DNA of 64,000 bases from Octopus bimaculoides (Eukaryota). The position numbers and the translations under genes are program-made. The notes beneath the pieces are model-generated. The model was not told the origin of the DNA, searched no databases, and worked only from the letters and a program-made list of their open reading frames with translations. This document shows, in pieces, positions 50,261 to 64,000 of this stretch. Within the stretch, counting starts at the first letter, position 1. Each line of letters begins with the position of its first letter. The DNA lies in contig NC_068982.1 in assembly GCF_001194135.2 (NCBI RefSeq), forward strand, positions 114,000,414 through 114,064,413, read 5' to 3'.

Positions 50261-53200
50261 AGTTGAAGAAGCCTCAAAGTGGTAGCTAGATCAGCTAGAA
50301 ATAGCAGACAAAAGTCCTACAAATTACCCGCTACCATCTTGAAAAGAATATGATAGTTGAACAATGTGTTCCTGGGATCCTTGTAGATAGGAAAAAGACA
50401 AAATAAACTGACAACAACACCAACAAGGGTGACACTGTGTAGTAGTTATACTTGCGAAAAATAGCAGCCAAACATTCCTGAACTCATACACCATTTTAAA
50501 AAAGCTGTATGGTCACGACAGCAACGCCTTCGATCAAATCTGGCCTGAGGCTAAACATGAATGTGATAATAGACAGGCGGGTGATAAGCTATAAACTGGT
50601 CCGTGGTGAGTTCAAAATAGACCATTGGTTAAATTTGTGTGAATAAGTAACTATAAAATAATACAACTCTGAAAATCTATAAACCGCTTTCTTTCATTCT
50701 AACAGCTTACATTCGTCTTGTTCTTAGAAAGAGATACAGGAACAGTACAAGAAAATTGTTCTATTTTGGCCATTGCCAACAAGAAGAAAATATTGCTTAC
50801 ATCTAAATTGGTATCTTGCTGAAAATAGGAAAGCCAGCTTTGTATAACACAAAACGATATCGGAAGAGTTTGATGAACAGAATAAAAAGTAATTTTTCAG
50901 AAATATTTATTAGCAGCTTCAATATATAAAGGGTTCTTTAGCGAAAGGAAATCACATAGTTGAGGAACGAGAAATTCCTTTTTATTTACTGAGTTTTTGA
51001 AGATGTTTTTGAATATTTATCTTTTAAAAAGAAAAAAAAACAACATAATTTTGATTCCCTCCCTCTCTTCAATATACTGTCTGTATTTTTACTTGATCGG
51101 TTTGTTTTCTCAAGCTATATAAATAGTCTAAGAATCCATATATCGAGAGAGACTGAAAGAGACAGGTAGGCAAACAGAAACAAACACAAACACAAACACA
51201 CACACACACACACACACACTACGTGAACATACATGCAATTTCACTTAGTCAGTGAGCGTGCACTCATGCACATATATATGTATGTAAGTATGTATGTATA
51301 CGCAGATGTATGCATGTTCGTATGCATGCATGTACAGTACTTATATAATTCTGCTATTATTATGTCACTGAGTTGCCTCGTGTTGTTCAATCACTTCTGT
51401 TTTACTGGGATCGGCCTAAGATGTCTGCTTGAAATTGAAAAAGAATTCCAAGATATTTGGAGACTAGACAGAAGATTTGAAATCATTTGTTGTGTTTGAA
51501 GGGATGCTAAAGATTATGACTTTTTCGGTATGCTATAAATATTTCCCAGGTATTATGCAAAACTAAAGCGAAAATGTATTTCGCTTTGCTATAGAAATTA
51601 CTGCTTTGAATTTTCTTATTCGTATGACTCAACAGAAAGATGCTTTTTGCAAACAGTTTCTTGTCATTTAATCTACACACCTACTCGTGCCATCTCACTA
51701 AGATTTATTTTTAAAGATTTATTTAATGCTTGCATCATTAACTGTTATAATGCCTATACTGAATAGTTATTATTAACGTAGGAAAATTCCGAAGAGAAAG
51801 TAATCCTATTGTCTATTTTGCTAGCTGTTAACAAATAATTCAAATTCTTAAAAATAATTACTGAAATTTCATGTTTATAATAAACTCCAAACAATTCTTT
51901 CTCGTTTGTGCTTGTTTGTTTTATAGAGAAAAATAATCCTCTTTCCACAAATAACAGTAAGATTTGATGTAGTAACTCATGACGGCATTAAACTTAGAAT
52001 TGTATTACGTATGTTTCTTTAAATATTTATTTCACATCTCTCTATGCCCTGAGCCACCAGTTTCGAGAAAATAAATATCAGTAATGCACTGAAATTGATT
52101 CAGCAAATTTTACACCTGCCCTGCGAAAGATGATGCGTCTAGTAAGGAATGATAAACCTGCAAAATTTCATTTCTTCTATCATTTAAATAGTGTGTTAAT
52201 TACGGTTGTTACAAATCATAGCTGAAGCTACCAATCTACTGACATCTATTCAAAAGCAGAAGAAAGAGTCACCCCATTTCCACGTTAATATTGAATGATT
52301 CTTTTCCTACTTCTCAAACATATTTACCTATTTTCTGGCGATAATATATTTCTACGTCACAGAGATTTATTCCAAGATGTATACTATGATGTATACAATT
52401 TTCTTACAGATAATGTAAGAAAAACGCCTAAAAAGGCGTTTTAATATTATAATTAAAATTTTTTCATCAGATATACAGTAGGACGTATATCTAACGAAAA
52501 CTGACAGACTGTTAATGGATAAATGTAATATAGGTATGGATACTAGAAATTCACTTTGCCATTAGTGGTTTCGGATTCAATTTCTTTATGCGATACCTTC
52601 GGTGTCTTCCACTTTAACCTCGGGTAGATCAAAGCCTTTTTGATCGAAACTGTGTTACACAAGAACAAGAAATGTCCTTCTGACAGGATGTCAGACTTAA
52701 ATCGCAGCCTGGTTTGACACTAGCCGAAGGCCATCTCGTCTTTGTGTTTATTACAGACTACGTTGAAACCTTCCAATAATATCTACGTTATTTAAGACAT
52801 TATGGCATGATTTGGTGGGGTATTTGGTTGCTATTTCTACCAGATAAAACAAGCACATAAGAGTTCTTCGCATTGGCTCTAATTTAGTTACATCTATGTT
52901 ATGCTTATTATAAACAAAAAAATATATATAATCTATAAGCGAAAATTCAATCCTATCAAGCACTCGAACGTTTTCAACATTCATTTCGTGGGAAAATTTA
53001 GGATTAGATCTCCCTACTTGCCAAAAGTCAGGGAGGCCCTGAAAAGAATCATGAACATTGTTGTTTTTTCTTTGAATAGACTCCCTCAAGTTCATGAACC
53101 AACGGTCTCATAAATTTCTATATAAACAGCGAGATTAGCATTTCTAACTACTCAAGAGACTAGTGAATTCTATGATAACCATTGTCATAAATGCTTCTCT

Positions 53201-55524
53201 ATTAACGATACAAGTGTTTGAGTACTTCAATTTATTTAAAGATTATATAATTCTGTTTATACATTGACATAACATATAAGTAACCCACAACATGTCACCA
53301 GACTAGAAGAAAAATAATGGAAGCCCATATTCAATAGTTCGACCGGTTAGAAATGGCAGCCAAATATGTTAAATTGTATACAGACACTTTCCAAAAACAT
53401 ATTCAGATTGTTTTAGTATAAACCAAGATCACTTGGTCATGCAGAGTTCAGTTATGTCAGATATGCAGTAACGTTAAACCTGTTCTATAATAAACTACAT
53501 TGTGTATGTTAGATATATTGATAGAAACTTCAACGTAAGTGTGTCACTCTAAAACTGATGGTCACAAAAGTGCAGAAAACTATAGAATATTATATTGACT
53601 CTGCAGGACATTTTGAAGTAAAATTGTCTTCATAATAAAGTTATATAAAGTTTTATTGTCTTTCATCGATAATATTTGCTGCTTACTTTGAACCCAGAGA
53701 AGCAATTGATTTTGTAAATATGATGTTATATAGTGCATGCACTCTTCTGTTTGTTGGGGTCCTAAGGGAGAAATAGAGTCAATGATAGCAATGCTTTAGA
53801 ATGAATATACCCAGAAATTCCATAAGAAAAAACAAAAACAAAAAAGAAATCATAAATCTTCCAAAATATAATCTATTTTAAACACTCAGAAATGTGTTAG
53901 AAACTTTGATTTTTAGCATTACAACTATGATATTTACTTTTCAAATTGCCCTTAATTGTTACTTATAATACTATCTAATTTCAAGAACAAAATCGTAATG
54001 TGTGTCTTATGTCTGTTTGGACTGCTTCACATCACTTAATGCCATTAAGGGTTAATGCTTTTTAGATAATGATAAACACCACAACTATAGACTTCTCTCC
54101 ATATGATGTCAACAGAATTAATTCCTCACCAATAGATACCTTTGATTAGGAAAAGACTGAAGAGGGAAATACTAACATTTAATATTTAACTTTATTACTT
54201 TGGTGTACTAATAAGGAATTCTAATTTACAAGATATTGCACTTTGTCGAGGCGCTCATTATTTGAACATATCTATTTCATTTCATTGAAACATTCGTCTC
54301 TTTCCAACATAAGCCTGTTGGACTTGTTGCTTCATTTCCCCCAATTCTTTATTCAATCTCATATCTGTGATACTTTCCAAAAATTAAAAAATAAGCAAAA
54401 AAAGACTATTTATAGTATAATTGATTCCATTGTTATTAATATAACCTGCAGACACTGTCTTTAGTTTTAAGAATGTTCTAACACCATATAGCCGTCAGAT
54501 GAAAGGTTACTGTTAAATACAGCTTGTAATAAAAGAGGGAAAATAATTGGATACAAAGTAATAATTAAGTTAAGAAACATTTCAATGACAGAGTGTGAAC
54601 AAAAAATTTAAAAAATTAAATAAATGTCTGCGAAACCTGTAGACTGCCTGGAGAAATAAAATTGTTGGAAATATCTGCAAATGAACTAAGACAGCCAAAG
54701 GGATTGAGCATCTAATTATAGCTGAAAAACGAAATAATAAAATATTCTCAGAATTACAACTATTCTGTTACCAATAGAATATGTTGAACAGACTGAGGGG
54801 AAAGAAATCTCACAGCAAATGTTTTTGCAAATACGGAAATGGAGACAAAGAGATGTTACTAAGATGAAAAATTAGATGTACAATGAGAACATATTGAAAA
54901 TTTCGGTAGAAAGAGCAGCCTGGTATTAATTACGAGACATGTGTTTCGTCTTGTATTGTTTCGTCTCTTGACAGCTTGGTATTCTAGATTATCAAGGAAG
55001 AAACTGTCTGTGATAGAAAATCATTTTAGTTTGTGTCACCTACTGTTGAGAGAGAGTCATCACCATATTTAAGAATTAGAAGAAAAATAAACTTAATAAT
55101 GTTTAGAAACATTTATAAAGAACGTATTAAATATAATATCAGTCTGAATAACAGGGGAACGATGGAATCAAAGACTTGAGTAACAGATAGGAATGGAGGA
55201 AAAAGTGCGGAGAGAGATAATCAATTTTGTATCATATTCTCGAATGAAACGGCTCGATTGTATCATAATATTCTTGAGTGAAACCTCTAGAAATTATTCC
55301 TTGTACATAAGTCTCCTGTTCTCCCACAGTTCTCTGCTTTATTATCTGGACTGCGAGTTAGAATTGACAGCAATATTTGTTGTTGCTGTTGTTTAGCCCT
55401 GAGCCAGTTATCATCGAGTAAGCCTATGTAAAGCATTCCAGCTATGACCACATCATCATTTGTTGTAATAGTTTATCAGTCTGTCATCTCAAGCATTCCC
55501 AGCAGATCGTGTGACTACGTAGAG

Positions 55525-55669
55525 CAGGCATGGGCAACCTTTTACGAGAAGCGGGCCACAAGAGATATGGCTCTTTACCTGGAGGGGCGCACTACTAAAA
55601 TGTTCGTGGCAATTTTCCGTTAGTCGTGCCATTCAGTAAGTCCTATGGGTCGCAAGTTGCCCATGACTA
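55525..55669. mobile_element. hAT-family MITE (145 bp)
   Basis: TIRs caggcatgggcaac / gttgcccatgacta (12/14) with an 8-bp TSD acgtagag / acgtagat. Confidence 0.85.
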
Positions 55670-58600
55670 ACGTAGATCATTCTTCACTGGATCGTGGGGG
55701 AGATATTAGATTGTTCAGTATACAACCATAGTATTCATGCGGATTTTAAGACTCGAATCTCCCCAGAAAAGATGATATGTTCTGTTTGTTACAACTCATA
55801 ATTTTAAACGTAGCTAAGTTTGAAAAAGGTAATTGTAATTATGAAAATGTCATTAAAAATATATAAATGAATTAAAATTATATATTTGTGACAAAGTTTT
55901 CAAAAAATTAATTAATGTTTTAACAAACAGAATTAAGAGAATAAAAGTAAGTTAATGTAATAAAAAAAATTTAGAGACAATCCAATAATTACAAAGAAAT
56001 AACGAGAAAAAAGGTGAAGTAGATAAAATATTTTAGAGCTGGCGAGTGAGAAAAAACGAGCTAAAGTCTAATAATACCAACATTACAACAGCATTTACTT
56101 TTACTTCAACATAACATGTTCTGTTTATATCAGCACTAAATTTAACAGTACTATGCGGAAATGAGATATTGCAGATTAATCCTGATAAAACAACATCAAG
56201 TAAGACAAATTTACAACGTTTTTCTGGCTTCTTTAAACCTTCAAAGAAGGTACTAAAATATAAAACCGACAACAAATGCGAATAAAGATATTTATTTATT
56301 GCTACATGGAAATAATAAAACAATAAAAACAAATATACTGATTTTAATGGTATTTTTTCTCCTCCATAAATTGGGAGTGCTTCTTTTTTTTTTAAGTACG
56401 AGGCGCAGACAGCTCAAATGACTTAAACGTCATGAATCAATTGATGAGAGTGTTTTCCCCCCCATGCAAAAATTCAATTTGTTTTTATAATGGGACTCTC
56501 TTTTGGATGATGAGATAAAGTGATGAAAATATGGAACGGTTTTTATATATATTGCTCATTGTAAACTAATTTCTCTTGTTTTGTTTTGTGAGTTTCAATG
56601 AAATTCCCGACAGAATTTACATTTAGCTAGATATGAAAATTTGAAACATTTTATTCTAGTTTTCTAGGATTATCTCATCACTCATCCAATTTACTGAAAG
56701 CCTTATTACCCCCAATGGACTCGAGTATATAAGGAATAATCGAAATGATTTAAGCTCCAATAATTAGCACGGTCTCCGCCAGAAAACATACAAAAAGTTG
56801 TTCCATTAGCTTTAATATGATTTATAAAAATATAGAGCTCTGGGAAGTAACATTTAAATGTAACATCAGAGAAATGAGTATGTTAATGGAAAAGGGTATC
56901 AGTGACATTAGACTGCACCGATCAAGTGTTGACCAAAGCAATGATAATCTAAACATTCTTTCCTTGCCAACAATTTTAATTCCATCTTTGAGGACTTCCA
57001 TTTTTTATTCGAAAATTTGCTCTTCGTGATACCCAGAATCCATGCTTCACAGCACTGACTCTTTGACTTATACGCTATATTTATAGTAGGTTATATACTC
57101 AATACCAATTACATAGTAACGCGAACGATCCAGAACGTTGAGTCATTAACTTGCTTGAGACATTAACTTTTCTCTGTTCTCATTTCCAATTCTATCCAAT
57201 TCTAGCGGCTTCTTTCACCTTGCCAACTTCACACACCGTTTCCTTTTCTCTCTTTCTCTTGGCCTTCAATTTTATTCCTCATATCATGCCTTTCATTCCT
57301 TCCTTACTTTTTCTATTGCTTTTTCAGGTGGAAGGGAGTGCCTATGATGCTGGTGTTTTACGGTGCCTGCAAGACTGGTGGACAAAAGAGAAAGTTATCC
57401 TCAAACATGAAACCTGGTCTAAATGCTTGCAATAGAGTAGACACTACTAAAGGCACCCACTGATTAAATGGGTGTGTTAATCAGAGCGAAGGAACAAGTC
57501 TAACATTCAAGTAGACCATATCAGGATTTGAATTCATGACTCAAGGAACTAGGATAAAATTCCGCAAGGTGTCTTCTTCGACACTAGAATTATTCCGTCA
57601 CTCTAGACTGGTATTGATTCTTCGATCCCGGAAGCAAATCTGACTTCGGTGAGAGTGAACTAAAAATGGAAAAAGGAATAAACACCGCACAGTATTTCGT
57701 TCGATGCTTAAAAGCCGTTCGTCTAAAGCTTACCTACAACCAAAACCACAACACCACTTTCTTACTCAACCAGATAAAGTCAAAAACGTTAGATACTTGA
57801 TTTATCAAATTTTTGCACAAACCATTCCATGGATTAATTGTAGATCATCATTAGTTTCTCTAGATTCTGGATTTACTCTATTTTTAAATTACTGAAGTTT
57901 AAATGTATATTCGTAGTCGATTACTTTAAATGTATAAACAACTAATACGAATTTGGCAGTTCATAGATGGGATAAACAATAGGAAAATAATGCCAATTCT
58001 AAAAGAATTGCACTGGTTCTCCTTTAATATTAAATTAACAAGAAAGGAGATCAGAGATTAATCTCTGAAGTCAAAGACCAAACGAAGATAATTGATTTCA
58101 GTATTGTGAACAATATATATTGTCCAGAAAGAAATCAAACAATATCTAAATATCCTAAACAGTCAGAAGTTGATAGATCGTGTATTGTACTAAATAACTA
58201 TACCTTAGAACAATACGGTTGTAACACACACTGATTGACTAGCATCACATAAATACACGCGAAATATAGACTGGATCTATCGGCATTTGGTTTTATCGAT
58301 TAATCAATAGAGATCCATTTCACAGACATCGGCCGAGCTGGCAACAGTGAAACCTCTCTGTTGGAAAAAAAAAAGAAAGAATATAAGAATAAATAAAATA
58401 AAATAAAAGGGGGAACGGCAAGTTTGGTAAATTCCGATTTCTGGCTCACATGTAACTAACTGTTTTGTCAGCCAGTTCTACAACACGAGACGCTAACTTC
58501 AGTTCGATATATTGATTACGACTCAGCCAAAAGGCATCTTAAATATTAAACTCCTCAGAAATAGCCACCTCATACCAGTCCTGTTCCACTGTTAAAACTA

Positions 58601-59077
58601 TTGAACAGTTCTCAGTCATATCTAATCAGGAAGTATTGCTTTGACTTGCTTCACGCTTATGCCCCAGCGCCTTATCCTTCTTATCCTTGTCTTCCATCAA
58701 TCAGCTTTTCCATAGTTTCCTTTCTTTTCTATTTCCCCACATTCTCCCCCTAGCTCTTTCCCTCTGCTCTGCCAGTCCAACGGTTATTTTATCTCTCAGA
58801 TACTCTCTATATATTTCTATTTCTTCTCGAAAATTTTTTACATCCGCCCCGTCTTCAGCCAGTGACTTTTACTCTTATCTTATTATTTTTTGATATTTGT
58901 AAACGCACGTGTACCCTCGCCACAAATACATGTGGACAGACAGACAGACACACACACACACACACACACACGTGTGTGTGTGTAACCACATGTATGCATA
59001 TATAGGCATACCTATATATTTACATACATATGTATACACTTGTAGACTTATACATACACACATGTACACAGATAAAA

Positions 59078-59133
<56 letters not shown>

Positions 59134-59372
59134 TCACACACACACGCACATGTATACACATATAGGCATACGCAGACACACACACATGCATATAGACATC
59201 ACTTATACACATGTTTTTCATATGCTTCTACAAATATTTATCTTTAGGTCATATGTAATTCCTTGTGTGCATTATATATGATATAATGACAGTAATAACA
59301 GTGTCTATCTGAATCACAAGATACACACATATTGGGAGATTGTATAGGCGATTAAGTTCTAATTCAGTACTA

Positions 59373-59373
<1 letters not shown>

Positions 59374-59408
<35 letters not shown>

Positions 59409-59437
59409 CATCATTATTATTATCATTATTATCGTCC

Positions 59438-59490
<53 letters not shown>
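59374..59490. repeat. (ATT)n microsatellite
   Basis: Direct reading. Confidence 0.95.
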
Positions 59491-59492
<2 letters not shown>

Positions 59493-59493
59493 A

Positions 59494-59718
59494 AAGGCAG
59501 CGAGCTGGCAGAATCGTTAGCACGCCGGGCGAAATGCTTAGTGGTATTTCGTCTGTCCTCACGTTCTTAGTACGAATTCCACCGAGGTCGACTTTGCCTT
59601 TCATCCTTTCGGGGTCGATGAATTAAGTACCAGTCACGCACTGGGGTCGATGTAATCGACTATCCTCCTCCCCTAAATTTGAGGCCTTGTGCCTATAATA
59701 GAAAGGATTATTATTATT
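59494..59718 (+). mobile_element. Full-length SINE inserted in (ATT)n; a decayed second copy follows (about 59730-59900)
   Basis: aaggcagcgagctggcagaatcgttagc...cttgtgcctataatagaaaggattatt. Confidence 0.9.
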
Positions 59719-60280
59719 TAAAAGGATAAAACGCTATTCATCATTTCTTCCAGCTCTTTCCGTTCGAAGTTCGAATTCTACTGTAGTCGACTTCCCCTTA
59801 CATAAGTACCAATCAAGTGCTGGATCGATGTGATAGATTTTCTCCTCCCCCCACCTCCTCAAACTTATTGGCCTTGTACCAATAACAGAAAGAATTATTA
59901 ATATCAACAATATATAGAAATGAGAGGTAGATAAAAGTGATGACGTTTTCTGGTAAAATCTTGGCATCGACGAAGATGAGCTACGTAATTGCCATGTTTC
60001 AACGGATTTTCGGGCCGGGGAACGTCATGAATAACTTCTGGAGATAGCTGGCCTGGAAGCTATCGAGAGAACCTGCTAGATTGAAGGTAAACTCAATGGA
60101 CACGGGATTGCCGCCAGGTGGGTCTGCCCGAAACGTGCGCAGAGCGACGAAATCGTATTGTCCGCACTCTTGCAAAGTCGAGGATTGCTGATTTCAGGAG
60201 TTACGTCGAACAGTTGTTGTCATGTGTAGGACGAATCCGACTATTGGCCGAATTCATCGTAAGGGTTGCCCACCACGCCG

Positions 60281-63208
60281 ATTTTTAAGTATTTTATCTT
60301 ATTTTCAGTGTTTCTCTCCATTTTCTCTTTTCTTCCCGATAATAATTTGTCAAACATTGACCTGACTTTCCTGCCGAACATTAGTGCAGCTGGTGACATA
60401 CCTGAAGTAGTGTTGGGATTCGGTGTTATTCGGCAGACACTTAGGAATTGTGTCAATGCAGTATCAGCCAGTAGCTCATTCCTAGATTTTTTCAGCGCCC
60501 CCTTAAATGTCTCTACAAAACGTTCTGCTAGTCCATTCGATCTCGGATGGTATGGCAGAGTAAGTAATATGCTCCATTGCATGCATTTTGCAAAAGTTCT
60601 CAAATTGCTTCGACGTGAACTGTTTCCCATTATCAGGCACTATAGCGTCTGGAACGCCATATCGCGCAAAAAGTTCGTCCAGAAATTCCATTGTTAATTT
60701 GGAGGTTGGCTTCCTCCATTTACATATTTCCGGCCACTTCATGTAACTAGCCACGCCTATTAGATAATACCTTCCATTTAATGGTCCTGCGAAGTCTATG
60801 TGTTATCTGGACCAAAGTATGCTGGTCCTGGATCAAGGCTGAATTTTCATAGGTGGTGATCTTGTTGTCACGGTACAACCCCTGCAGGCTTTCACCAAAT
60901 TTTTCAATATCCTGATCCATATTCGGCTAGTAAACGTAGCTCCCCATCACTGCTTTCATTCTCGCGATTCCTGGATATCTCATGGAATTCTTTTAGCATA
61001 CGATTTTGAAAAGAAACAGGCATTACAACCTACTGAGCGTACATAAGTACGTCATCACATATCGAATACCATTTCGAAACTGTGTTTTGCTCGACTACAT
61101 AAGTTTTTGTATTTGCTTCTGACTTCACCATATTTTTCATTTTAATTATGAACACATCCTTCCCTGCTTTAATTTTTATTTTCTCTGAATTGACAGGTAG
61201 TTCACGTACTACGTTGCATCGTATATCTTTTATTTTGATTTCAGCTTTTAATGCCGCTATTATTGCGTCCTCTAACGGTTCATTGTACTTAGGTATCAAT
61301 CTTGACATGGCAGAAATTCCATCTTAAAGTAATGATTTACTAGGATCGTCTCCTAGCGCTGTGGCTGTAGTTTTTTTCAGCCGCCAACAATGAACGTGAA
61401 GCATGAGCGATGGATTTTAGGCTACCATTTTCATACTTGTGCAAAATCACCACTCTTATACCACTTTCACTAGCATTTGATGCTACTACTATTTTAAAAT
61501 TTGGATCAAAGTGTGATAATGACGCATCCAATGTAAAAACTTTTAAAATTTCTTCGAATGCTTTTTGGCACCTGTTCGACCAATACCATTTAACGTCTTT
61601 TTACAATAGGTTGTTTAGGGGTGCTCTTAGCTCATGCATATTCGGTATATATATTTGGTAATAGCTTGCGAGCCCCAAGAACGCTTGTAACGTTGTAATA
61701 TTTTTCGGGGGAGAAGGCGGTGAGTTGACAGAATCGTTAGCCCTCTGGATGAAATGCTTAGCGGTATTTCGTCTGCCGCTACGTTCTGAGTTCAAATTCC
61801 GCTGAGGTCGACTTTGCCTTTCATCCTTTCGGGGTCGATTAAATAAGTACCAGTTACGCACTGAGGTCGATATAATCGACTTAACCCGTTTGTCTGTCCT
61901 TGTTTGTCCCCCCTGTGTGTAGCCCCTTGTGGGCAGTAAAGAAATAAAAAATGTTAGCGCGCTAACGTATAATCGACTTAATCCGTTTGTCTGTTCATGT
62001 TTGTCCCCTCTGTGTGTAGCCCCTTGTGGGCAGTAAAGAAATAAGAAATGTTAGCACGTCGGGCGAAATACTTAGCGGTATTTCGTCTGTCTTTACGTTC
62101 TGAGTTCAAATTCCGCCGAGGTCGACTTTGCTTTTCATCCTTTCGGAGTCGATAAATTAAGTACCAGTTGCGTACTGGGGTAGATCTAATTGACTGGCCC
62201 CCTCCCCAAAAATTTTGGGTCTTGTGCCTAGAGTAGAAAAGGATATTTTTCGGGGGAGGCATATTTTTTATTGCAGTCGATCTTGAAGTATGTGTCCTGC
62301 GACCATTTTTATCGATAACTTGCCCTAGATATTTTATTTCTGGCATGAAAAATTCGCATTTTTCCTCACTAAGTTTAAATCCATATTTCCTTATTCTTTC
62401 AAAGACCTTTTTAACATGTTCCTCACGCTGGCCTCGAGACTCACTTTTTATGAGTATGTCATCCAAGTAAGCTATAGCGAAATCCATATCTGCAAGCATA
62501 GTGTCCATCACCTGTTGGAAAATACTACGTGCCACCTTTATCCCCAAAGGAAGTCGATTAAATTTATATAAACCTTTATGGGTGTTTACTGTTAATAATT
62601 TCGAACACTCCTCTTCGACTTATGACTGTATATATACCTCTGACAAGTCCAGGTCCAACTTTAAAAAAAATATTTCCTCCATTGAGTTTCGCAAAAATTT
62701 CCTCCGGCCTTGATAATGGGTAATTGTATGTCATGAAACGTTCGTTCAAGCCTGTTGAAAAGTCAGCGCATACTTGTATTTTTTTATTTTTCATTTTTTA
62801 CATAAACAGTTGCTGACACCCATCCTCCTTCCCTCCTCAACAAGGTATGAAACTCCTTGAAGTCTCTGTCCTTTACTTCCAATTCACGCATCTGCAGTAG
62901 CTCAGCTGTCAGGCTCTTGCCCGTCACTGCAGCATAACTGCCTGTTTGGGCCTGCGCATTCATAATTACGTTGTTCATCGTTTTACCCATAAATGGTGAA
63001 GCCAAATAAAATTTTTCAATAAATTCAAAAAAATCACAAATACAACAATCACAATATTCAACAATTCTGTAATTCAAAGCAACAACGCACGTGTGAGCGA
63101 AATCAAGACAACAACTCCTTCACAAATGCGTCAGTACGCATGCGCCTTTATAAGGTTTAGGACAGTTCACTTGCTATCCCACAAGGGTGTCAGGATTTCA
63201 CCACAACA
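60281..63208 (-). mobile_element. Ty3/Gypsy LTR retrotransposon remnant (K02A2.6-like pol), frameshifted, with nested SINEs
   Basis: RT: VCADFSTGLN..YPLSRPEEIFAKLNGG, FQQVMDTML..AYLDDILI..FKLSEEKCEFF..IKYLG. RNase H: LSHFDP..IVVASNASESGI..IAHASRSLLAAEKNYS. Integrase: FARYGVPDAIVPDNGKQF, HPRSNGLAERFV. Putative 5' LTR starts TGTTG at 63208. Confidence 0.92.
61714..62242 (+). mobile_element. Composite SINE block inserted antisense into the Gypsy RT/RNase H junction
   Basis: Bounded by the 16-bp TSD atatttttcgggggag (61698-61713, 62243-62258). It contains a full SINE, a tail fragment and a head-less SINE of a different tail variant. Confidence 0.9.
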
Positions 63209-63479
63209 GTATTTTGAGTAGAATTACTAGTTATGCAGTACCGTATATAAATACTCTCAGAGTAATGTTTGAAAGCAATTTCTAGGTTTTCTGAAATATA
63301 TGGCATATAAAGTAGGCTTAGTTATCTCACCATGTTTTACAGCATCACCACACACGCGCGCAAGCATACAAACACATATGTATATGTACACACGCATACA
63401 CACACTCATATATACTGCAATTTTGTCTTATAGTGGATTTTTTTAATATCGACATAAATGTATGTTCCTTATATATACT

Positions 63480-63660
63480 TATATACAGATTCGTTACCGG
63501 ACCGGATCGGACAAACTGTCTAGCGTCATCGAGGTCGACTTTGTCTTTGATCCTTTCGAAGTCGATAAAATAAAATATCAGTCAAACACTGGGTTTGATG
63601 TAATTGACTGCAACCTATCTAGAAATTTCAGACCTTGTGCCTATAGTAGAAAGAATAACA
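63480..63660 (+). mobile_element. Decayed SINE copy
   Basis: gaggtcgactttgtctttgatcctttcg...cttgtgcctatagtagaaagaat. Confidence 0.7.
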
Positions 63661-64000
63661 TATACTCATATTTCTAGAATGGTATTACATTTAGGGGTTC
63701 GTTTTTGAATACTGGCGTATATTTATGCCAGTTTACTTAAATTTGTACTTACATATAGTTATACATTAATACGTGTTTTTTGTATATATAAGATGTGAAT
63801 GTTCTTTTACGTAAATGTGTAGATGTACATGTATATAAGTTGTTTGTGTATGTATATACAACTCTGTCTTATGTTTCAATCATAGTTTGTAATCCTAGAG
63901 AAATATGGGCCCTATCAAACTGATTTTGCTTTGACATATTTGGAAAGACATAAGATTATCTTGCAAAAAAATGTCTATTTCTGTGTTTATTTGAGTAAAC

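Noticed and set aside
57329-57435. Strong plus-strand acceptor followed by a short open frame
   Set aside because: No donor. An alternative frame resembles an RTE C-terminal remnant (FYG..GGQK), so it is probably TE debris after a CT-rich tract.
31904-62242. Recurrent near-identical 200-380 bp sequences as a CRISPR or regulatory array
   Set aside because: They are dispersed, tRNA-headed, tailed and TSD-flanked, i.e. ordinary SINEs. There is no repeat-spacer array and no prokaryotic context.

Overview
AT-rich, microsatellite- and gap-rich animal genomic DNA. The SINE, LINE and simple-repeat content resembles an octopod cephalopod (inference from repeat families I recognise, not from a search). 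Only one host protein-coding region is clearly supported: an innexin whose CDS is uninterrupted (6802-8007, + strand, 401 aa) and starts one base after a strong splice acceptor. The rest is a mobile-element landscape: several tRNA-derived SINE families (some with clean target-site duplications), decayed RTE LINEs, R4/Dong-type RLE LINEs, a deleted Ty3/Gypsy element with nested SINEs, hAT and mariner MITEs, Lep1/HINE-like Helitron-type elements, and Penelope-type hammerhead ribozyme motifs. The most unusual observations are: (i) a 158-bp-arm head-to-head palindrome built around a tRNA-Thr-like gene; (ii) its position at a sharp CpG-poor/CpG-normal boundary near 29 kb; (iii) a complete type I hammerhead at an inverted-repeat junction; (iv) an unexplained GC-rich decayed reading frame fused to the Gypsy integrase. 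I cannot demonstrate a new biological system from sequence alone; these are candidates. All translations and alignments were done by eye, and degenerate-element boundaries are approximate.
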